From Folioceros fuciformis (Eukaryota), in assembly GCA_049999805.1 (NCBI GenBank), contig JBNGIO010004602.1, forward strand, positions 1 to 64,000: a stretch of 64,000 bases of DNA. Direction: 5' to 3'. Position 1 is the first letter of the stretch, and every line of letters begins with the position of its first letter. Below the pieces are notes generated by a model. It saw only the letters and a program-made list of their open reading frames with translations. It made no database searches and had not been told where the DNA came from. The position numbers and the translations under genes were made by a program. Shown here in pieces: positions 45,687 to 54,746 of the stretch.

Positions 45687-45750
45687 AATTGGGCGTTGAT
45701 GTTGCAGCTGAGCCCGCTGCGCGAGGATCGTCTTGCTAGTGGAAATCGCA

Positions 45751-48700
45751 ATGCCGAAGCATTACCGTCCTCCGGTGAGTGATTTGAAGTTGGTTGAAGT
45801 TGCGCCACACGTGTGCTTCGCGGGGTTGGGTGGAATTGCGATGGAACTCGAGGGTGACGGAAACGTGGTGTTGGTCTGGGTCGCTCTAACTGGAATTCGA
45901 TTGCTCCTGATGAGCAGGGGAAGAGGAAGGAGGGAAACGTCGCCAAGTACATCACTAGGAATAAAGCGATCAATAAGCTGCAGCTTAAGCTGCCGGATTT
46001 CAGGTGAATTGATCGTGGATTGGGTTTCCCGTTTTCCCGAGTATTTGCTGTCGTGATTCTGGTTGGGAAGGTTGAGAGGTTTGTGGTTCTGGCAGGCGGC
46101 TATGTATTCTGAAGGGAATTCATCCTCGAGAACCTAAGAAGAAGTTTGAGGGTCACAGCAAGACCTACTATCATGTTAAGGATATTAATTTTCTGCTACA
46201 CGAGCCCTTGCTCGAGAAAGGAAGGTGAGAATTTGCACGATTCTGATGAAGAAGCGTATTGGCGTGACGACTACTGGAATATCGTTTAGGTGTCCTCCCC
46301 TTGTGTCCTGGATTTCTGATGCATTTTGTCATCGTACAGGGCTCTGAAGGCTTATGAGAAGAAGGTGAGGAAAGCAAAGGCGAAGAAGAACCAAAGCTTG
46401 GCTGAGCGCCTGGTATCCCGCAGGCCCGAATATTCCTTGGATCATCTGGTGAAGGAAAGGTCCGTGCTGAGCTGCCATGTGACACCTGGATGAGAGTCAG
46501 AGCTTGGGTACGTGTCGTGGTGCAGCATCCTCAGGGATCTCAACGCTGGTTGGTTTTGTTCAGATACCCTTCATTTATCGATGCTCTTCGGGACATGGAT
46601 GACCCGTTGTCGCTGTTGCATCTCTTTGCGGTGCTGCCTGCTGACAAAACACACAAGATTCCAGTTAAAGTTGTGCAGTCTGCAAGGCGGTATGTCCGAA
46701 CCGGCAGTCACTTCCTTTTTGGTGTTAATATCCCATCAGTTCCGTTTAGCTCATGGTATGCATGAAGGGCCTCGGCTTTCCTCACGGTGTTAGCTTGCCT
46801 TCAGGCTTACACTTGAGTTCCAAGCCTTCATCATAAGGTCGTATGCGTTGCGCAAAGTTTTTGTAGCTGTGAAAGGCATTTATTACCAGGTGAGGATTAG
46901 CCTGGTAGAGCATTTTTTATTTCTTCCTCTACCGCCAAGGGTGTCATCTGATTCTCACCGTGGCTAACTGTGAAACGCTGACCTGAATGCAGGCGGAAGT
47001 AGCCGGTCAAAAAATCACATGGCTTACCCCACATGTGCTGAGCCAGGTCCTTCCAGATGATGTCGACTTTCGTGTGATGCTTACATTTGTCGAGTTTTAT
47101 GAGGTATGAGCATATATATGTTTCATGGGGCAGTGCTCTCAGTTGTAATAGTTGCGTGGTTGGCAGCACTGGATGTCGTCCTCTTTACTGAAACCCTGCT
47201 ACGGCATGCAGACTCTTGTTGGTTTTGTCAACTTTAAGTTGTACCATGATTTGGGTCTGCAATATCCTCCCCTCCTCAACAATCAACTAGAGGCTGAAGC
47301 TGCTGGTAATGTTGTGGGATCTTTCTTTCCTTCTGGGCTTTAGCTATCTATGTGTGGCTGGTCTCTCAGAGTTGAGTTGTTTGTTGCAGAACTTTATGGA
47401 GTAATGAAAGATCTAGCTACAGATTTGCCCTCACCACCAGTTCCTGGGGAAGAGAGTGTTACTGCTGTTGTGCCAGAATCCCAAGCAGAGCAAACAGAAC
47501 AAAAGATTCTGGAGTCGCAGGAGAGGCTTGCTTCTTTGCAGAGCAAGCTGTTGGCTGGCGCCATGGCATCTAACTCAGAGAATGGAGTGAATGGTGAACT
47601 AGTAAGGGGTGCTGATGAAGCCAAGTCAAATGAAGACGAGGATTTGGAGGATTCTGAGACCCGGACTTGCCGCAAACTGTTCAAGGGACTGAAGTTTTTC
47701 CTTGGTCGAGAGGTAACTTCAATGCATAGGCTGCGTTCACAAGCTGCAGACAACTGTTCATATACTAAGGACTGTGCACTCATCCTTGATGGTGGTCTGA
47801 ACAGGTTCCCAGGGAGTCATTGCTATTTGTTATCCGATCTTTTGGAGGGGATGTCTCCTGGGATGGCCGTGCTGCACCTTTCCCTGAATCTGATGAAGAC
47901 ATTGATTATCAGGCAAGGAATTCTGATGGTTGTTACTTCTTTCTCATCTTCCATGTGAAAGTTGCTGCCATCTCAGCGCGATTTTTTTGTACAGGTCGTT
48001 GATCGCCCAGTCTTAGGGCACAAGTTTCTGTCAAGAGTTTATATTCAGCCGCAATGGGTGTATGACTCAGCAAATTTTCGGCTGCTGGTACCTACTGATG
48101 ACTACCTCCTTGGCAAGTGAGTGTACCAAGCTACGAACTCATCGTTCAGCTGAGCCATAACTGGGAGTATTATCTCAATTTCTGGACTTACAAGCTCACT
48201 GCATCTGGACTGCAGGATTCCTCCTCCCCATCTTTCTCCTTTTGTTGACAACGAAGCTGAAGGTTACATGCCTGAGTACGCAGAAACTATCAAGCGGATG
48301 AAGGCCGGATCAAATCACATTTTGCCACTTCCAGGATTGGAAGATGTCGATCACATTGAAGTAGCAGCGGCATTGCACCGGAGTGAGCTGAATGAAGCAG
48401 CAAAGCAGCTAGAGGTTTGCCTTTCTGTTTGCACATCCTTCCTGACTAACCAAGGGAGCTTCTGGTCGCTTTTTTCCCTCTCAGCATTACCTGGTGTCAA
48501 GCATAGCACTGACGTGGGGTGCTTTGCTGGAGCAGGCTGCTGCAGCAGAAACAGCCCACCTCGAGGACCTGAAGAAAGAGATAGCTGGGGTGCCTTATTC
48601 TGAGTCACTCCGAGTTCGCGAAGAGGAACGCAACGGCAGCCCCGGAGAAGAGGACGATGCGCCTGTGAAGCCCCAAGCTGGTGCCACAGCGCCACCACCC

Positions 48701-48945
48701 GTCAATGAAGAGCTGTCTATGGCTCAGGTCATGATGCCTCGGAAGAAGCGGAAGCTTTATGAGGCTATGCAGGTACTTTCGTCAATCCGCTGCTTCTGTG
48801 TGTAACTTACAGTTGTTGTCCTCTTCCGCGTCTAACCTAACCCGAATGCACGTGTCCACAGATGGGTAAAGCTAAGAAGAAAGCAACAGTTGATATCCTG
48901 AAGGAACGGAGAAGGAAAGCGGAAGAAACGAAGCAGGCAAAGTAG
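45751..48945 (+). CDS. PES: PESCADILLO (PES1/Nop7) ribosome biogenesis protein with BRCT domain, multi-exon
   Basis: [15 protein letters not shown]...[15 protein letters not shown]...[71 protein letters not shown] 48943-48945. Confidence 0.96.
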
Positions 48946-49264
48946 ACTGGACAAGGTTGTATCAAAGATTCACATTTGTCCTGAGGCGAATCCCACCTCA
49001 GAAAAGCCCAATTTTGTACTTACCCATGAGAGTCGTGTTGTAAATAGTACTCCGAGAGTGTGCCGGCTCACCGCGACCGCCTGGTACGTTGGTCCTCAGC
49101 ATCCCTTCATTCTGGTTTCCGTGTACCTTTAGCTGATTGATCTTGCAAGAAAAAATATTCTGTTCTTCGAGGAGTTCGCACCACGCGCGTCACACTCGCA
49201 GGAAGAAAGCCGACTTCGTCAGCGTGATTCTCGCGGTGGTAGTCCCCTCTACCAGGCGGGACAG

Positions 49265-50024
49265 GTCGGACTTTTTCACAACTAGCCTTCCATGTTGGAA
49301 TCCAGCAGCGCGATGCTTGGCTTAATGTTCTGGACCCATCTAGTCGTAGTCTTCACCAACTTCTGATACCTTAGTTAGAAACTCAAAATCAACTACAATG
49401 TCACAACATTAGTGTTGTCCACAAGAGTGCAATAATTGTTTTTTGAAATGATTTATTACAGTATGAATAAACTTGAAATGAGTAAGTATGTATAAAGTTA
49501 TGTTATGAAAATAATTTCACATAAAATTAAATTATAATTAAAAATTCATAAAAATCACTTTCTTAGTTTAAGATATTCTTTATCTTAAACTAAGTGGACT
49601 TTATGACACATCCTTCTGGTTAATTAATAGGAAAGAACCCTTGATGAGATGATGCAAGATTTTGGCTTTTTTTTCAAGGTTTTATTTTTTTTAGTCTCTA
49701 AAGTAACATCATCAAGATTAGTGTCCTCGAACAAGGATGCTCTTGTTCTACTAACCAAGGATGCTTCAACATGCCTTGGGCTGTTATATGCTGCCTACTA
49801 TCTTGAACGAATCTTTTAAGCAGTAAATGAGAATCTGATTTAGGAAATATTTCTCTAACAAATCTTAATTTCGAGGGGGGTAGGGTAGAGCTTTCCATGG
49901 CTTCTTCATAAGTGTCAAAAGGAGTGCTCACATACCCACAACAATTCATACAACATCACACCCAAAGCAAAAACATCAATACTACTACCATGGTTACAGT
50001 TTGACAACCCTTTATCCCAAGCTC
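49265..50024 (-). pseudogene. Truncated duplicate of the 3' part and downstream flank of the AT-rich kinase gene
   Basis: Aligns to ~52350-53114 (GYV.TPFDTYEEA..., ITAQGMLKHPWL) with a frameshift. Homology stops abruptly at 50024. Confidence 0.9.
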
Positions 50025-50990
50025 TCAAAAGTTTAGGCTGAACGCGGTGAACGCGGTGACCAGGAAGGAGGTTGCGGGTACGGCAACAGCGGCCATCCCC
50101 TGATAGGCTTGAGGAAACACAAGGCTGTAAGAAGCGGGCTTAGGCAGTGGAGGCGGCACGCAAGCAAACCCTAGAGCAGCGACAAATGGCGGAAGCGGCA
50201 GTTGAGCTGACGACAGTTGATTCTTGCAGGAACACAACATCTAGGCCTATGGCGCAAGTTGAGATTGCTCTTTGGCCCAACATGGACCACTGAAGGGACC
50301 CTAAGCTGGGTCTCGGGTTCATGGCAAAACGCTAGAACTATGCGAACTCAGGCTTGGTGTAGAAGTGTGCATAGCAGCTGTGGGCCAAGGCATCGATAGA
50401 AAGAATCAGGGACAGGCCGTAGGATTGGGACTTGGACCTGGTCAAGGCGGTGTATGGGCGCAGTGAGAAGGAAGCTGGAGGGATCGTAATCGAGTCCCTT
50501 CGAAAGCGGAGCATTGTGGCAGTAGCAACAGTGTTGTTTAAGGCGGGCATAGGATGGGAGCCCAATGGCTGGTTGACACGCGAGATGGGTCTACTCAGTT
50601 CATGGGCCTAGCCAAATGGCTCCTTTGCTTCCTATAGCACAAGGAGCAGGATTATCTGTTTGACCACATGTTGTTGTTCTTGCATGAGGTGGTCAAGGGA
50701 AGTAGGATCGACTGGGGAAAAATTATCTTCAACAGGCTGAGTGTGAACGATCTGATGACTAGGAACTCCCTGCTAAGGTGTGCGTTGGAGTGATTTGTTG
50801 TTTTGTTTTTTTTTGCTAAGTTTGGTGTGAAATCAAATTAGGTTAGAAGAAGGCTGAGGTATTTATACTCAAAGGCTCCTTGGCCTATGAGTTTAGTTTT
50901 GAGTTTGGTTTGATCAATAACTGGTCCTTGGACCAAGGGGGCTTGATTGTTCCATGACCTTTGGCCTTTGAACAATTCGCAAAAACATAT
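50025..50990 (+). mobile_element. Degenerate transposon-like insertion interrupting the kinase duplicate
   Basis: Abrupt compositional shift, ORF remnant ...LLFLHEVVKGSRIDWGKIIFNRL, T-rich 3' region ending ttcgcaaaaac. Family not assignable. Confidence 0.3.
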
Positions 50991-51305
50991 ATAAGAGAGG
51001 AACCTCATAGACGTAGAGTCAACTTGTGATGGGGTCAGATCGGGAGTAGGGTGCCATAGTCTGTGGACTTAGTCTTAGAAGGAAGGTAGTTGAAGCTTGA
51101 CGACGATCGTGGAAGGTAGGAAGCAATCACAGAAGGGGCAACTGGTAGTGAAAGCCGATGGCGGTTGTGGAAGCAAGAAGGGTCAATAGTAGCATTAGCC
51201 CACGTTACTTGGCACAAATCATATGACTACAATGGCATAGAGGGTGAATGTGGACCTCACGGTGTCCCCGGACACAAGATTTCACTCCACACTTGCGCAA
51301 GGGAC

Positions 51306-51832
51306 TGTAGAATGACCATGACGTTCAAGGGTCAAAATAGGTAAGCCTTACTACAATGACTAGTTGGAAGCGGATCCCCGAGATAAGTTCCCAGACCAGA
51401 GTGTTCTTCTAAACCCTGCCGATTCGTGCTCTTATACCCCCCGTCATCTCGTGGACTAGAGTAGCCATAGAGTTGGGTAGAGGTTGAAGTTTGTGCACAT
51501 AAATTGTACGTTGAAAGATAATCTCGAATGCGTTTATGGGTGAGTTGAGTTGCAGGACGAGGGCACCAGCCAACCGACGACCACTCCTTGCAACTCAACT
51601 TCCTGTACACAAGAAACCTCTTGGTATTGTAGAGCAAGGGCGCTAGCTAGCCGGCGCCCTCTCCCTTGCAAGCAAATTGGTTTCCATTTAATCTATATTT
51701 CATGCTTTTTTTAGGCGAGGAAGAGGGTGTGTGATTAACAAGCACCATTCATTTTTCCTGTTTCAAGAAGGGTGACTTTTTTGTCAAGAGGGTCTACCCC
51801 CCTTCTAAGAGGGTCACAACATTCTACCCCTT
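51306..51832 (-). mobile_element. Possible LTR with upstream polypurine tract
   Basis: Minus strand AAGGGGTAGAA is immediately followed by TGTTGTGAC (51821). Candidate CA end at 51306 and an internal TATAAG. No second LTR seen. Confidence 0.35.
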
Positions 51833-52727
51833 GCAAATTTCTCATATTAATACGATAGGAGGCCAGAAGCTGAATACGATAAGAGAAATTCTAAGTCAAC
51901 AAAGTGAAGTCATAGAAGCAATCTACAGTGAGTAGAGGTCTTTTTCAAGTGTGGCTACAAGAGGAGGTAGTAGCTTGCATTAAGATGTTAGACAAAGGCA
52001 GAGTAGCCTACAACAATCGATATCGTAATTTGAAGTTAAGAAGGACACCAGACACGGCAATTTCATCACACTTATTTCTCTTCGTATGTAGCCTTAACAT
52101 GCGTTTGAAGTGAATCGAGACTCTTGGCCCATGCTTTTGGTTTCAAATGAAGATGCATACGTACAAGGACGCCATGGGTATATATAGATATATTTTCGTA
52201 TGTACACTTGCTCTATATTTTGTATATGAACCGGTGACTTGTGTGAGTGAAATTAGTAGGTTCACAGTGACTTGTACATGTTTGCACCTCCTCTAGCCTA
52301 TCGCACTACTTTTGTCAGTTCATGAAAACTTAGAAGTATTTAGAAGATGGGGACTTTCACAACCAACCTTCCAGGATGGAATCCAGAAACATGATGTTTT
52401 GCTTAATCTTGTGACCCATATAGTCTTAGTCTTTCACTAGCTTTGGACACCTTAGCTAGAAACTTAGAATCAAATATGGTGTCACAATATAGCATCTAAT
52501 ATTGTTGAAATAATCTAATTTGAAATAACTTATTATAGTATGATTAAATGTGATATGAGTAAGTATGTATAAAGCTATGTTATGAAAATAATTTCACACA
52601 AAATTAAATTATAATTGAAAACTCATGAAAATCACCCTCTTAGTTCAAGATATTCCTTTATCTTAAACTTGGTGGAGTTTATGACACATCTTTCACACCT
52701 GGTTAATAAGAAAGAATCCTTATCTCA

Positions 52728-53867
52728 TCATTCATGTATGATGCAAGATTTTGGTTTTTCTTTCAAGGTTTTATCTTTTTCAGTCTCTAAAGTAACATCA
52801 TCAAGATTAGTGTCCTTTAAAATTTCCTCTTGTTCTGCTAACCAAGGATGCTTCAACATACCTTGGGCGGTTATACGATGCCTACTATCTTGAACAAATA
52901 TTTTAAGTAGTAAATCAGAAGCTGATTTAGGAAATATTTCTCTAACAAATCTTAATTTCGAGAGGGGTATAGTAGAGCTTTCTATGGCTTCTTCATAAGT
53001 GTCAAAAGGAGTGTTCACATACCCACACAATAGTTCATACAACATTACACCCAAAGCCCAAACATCAATACTACTACTATAATTACAGTTTGACAACCCT
53101 TTATCCCGAGCTCTTAGAAGTTCTGGAGCCATATATTTCCTTGTACCCATAATATCCGTCATCACAAAGGTCTTGAGGGACCTTTTAGGATCGTAAGCAG
53201 CTAATCCAAAGTCGATAATTTTTATGGGAGATTCGTCAGAGTCTCTTACAAATAACACATTTTCCGGCTTCAAATCTCGATGCACAACCCCATGATTATG
53301 CAAAAACTGCACACCCTCTACTACTTGTCTAAACACTCTACGTGCATTTTGTTCGCTAAATTTAAAAGCGCGTTCAAACAGTTGCCCACCTTTGCATAGT
53401 TCCATTACAATGTGCACCTTTCTTTTATCTTCAAACAACCGATGCATACCAATTACATAGGGATGTGGGGGTAGAATTTCTTGCAAAATCTTGACCTCGA
53501 GTTGGAGACATCTTACAATATCCCAACTTGGCACAACTATAGACTTGTCAATTACCTTACAAGCTAGTTCTTGTTTATTGGATTTATCTACGCATTTAAA
53601 TACTAGAGAATAGCTACCTAGGCCTAGTGTGATATCTTTATACACATTATATCTCTTTTTGAAAGCTAATTTTGTTTTAAATACTTGTGGATTGTTGAGA
53701 AAGATGTGTTTATAAGCATATTGTAATAGTTCTTGATCTGATTTTACAGATCCTTTTGATGTCAGTAAAGTTTCATAAACTATACTTAAACTTTTTGAGA
53801 TAACAGTTTTTTTACTCTTTGAAAAAACGGATTGAATTCTCTCCCATGCCCCATGATTTGGACCCAT
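52728..53867 (-). CDS. Intronless AT-rich CDPK/CaMK-like Ser/Thr kinase lacking junction and EF-hand domains
   Basis: 379-aa ORF: LGLGSYSLV, LACK, MELCKGGQLF, HRDLKPEN, IIDFGLA, GTRKYMAPE, DVWALGV, RITAQGMLKHPW. Ends about 37 aa later. Confidence 0.88.
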   Translation of the reverse strand: MGPNHGAWERIQSVFSKSKKTVISKSLSIVYETLLTSKGSVKSDQELLQYAYKHIFLNNPQVFKTKLAFKKRYNVYKDITLGLGSYSLVFKCVDKSNKQELACKVIDKSIVVPSWDIVRCLQLEVKILQEILPPHPYVIGMHRLFEDKRKVHIVMELCKGGQLFERAFKFSEQNARRVFRQVVEGVQFLHNHGVVHRDLKPENVLFVRDSDESPIKIIDFGLAAYDPKRSLKTFVMTDIMGTRKYMAPELLRARDKGLSNCNYSSSIDVWALGVMLYELLCGYVNTPFDTYEEAIESSTIPLSKLRFVREIFPKSASDLLLKIFVQDSRHRITAQGMLKHPWLAEQEEILKDTNLDDVTLETEKDKTLKEKPKSCIIHE

Positions 53868-54156
53868 TTATACTTACCCACCATGTAGATGTTCTTTGCA
53901 TTATAAGAAGGAATAAATTCATTGAATTCTCTCCCATGCCCCATGATTTGGACCCATTTATACTTACCCACCATGTAGATGTTCTTTGNNNNNNNNNNNN
54001 NNNNNNNNNNNNNNNNNNNNNNNNNNNNNNNNNNNNNNNNNNNNNNNNNNNNNNNNNNNNNNNNNNNNNNNNNNNNNNNNNNNNNNNNGACCCATTTATA
54101 CTTACCCACCATGTAGATGCCCTTTGCATTATAAGAAGGAATAAATTCATTTGAAT
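53831..54156. repeat. 90-bp tandem repeat (at least 3 units, N gap inside) overlapping the kinase start
   Basis: attgaattctctcccatgccccatgatttggaccc at 53831 and 53921; the unit resumes after the gap at 54089. Confidence 0.9.
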
Positions 54157-54746
54157 TTTGACTACGTCTTCTAAATAGGAAGTATTGTCCTATCTAATTA
54201 ATATAATTTTATATATAAAAAAATGTGTATTTAATTTGAAATTATTTAATGTGATGTAACGTAAATAATTAATCAAGATGAGTATTAAGTTATATTGTAT
54301 AACAATACATGATCAATTGAGTTCCTTATTTCATTTGCTCCTTATCTAACATGTTAAAGGGAGCAAAGTTCTGACATTTCAATCTAACTAAATCTTCAAG
54401 AAAAAATTAAGTAGAATTTAATTTAATGATTTGAATCTTGAATATTAATAATCAAAACCTTTAAAACATGTAAAGTTGTTGTATGTTATAAGCATCTTTG
54501 CATGAGGTCAGAAGATGGTAGCATGTTGTCCAAGATTGTAATTGCATAATATAATAATCTCTTAATATTAACTTGTTGTATTAAGGGATTTGCTTTGTTT
54601 TGTTTTGTTTTATGACAGAGAAAATTGAAGAGTTAAAAATGTTGCATACAGTTGTTTTCACGACATTGAGCTTGATGGCGATGAGGATATCTTATCTGAA
54701 AAACAGATATTTGATTTAAAAGTAACCAGATTTTCCGAAATTGCAG

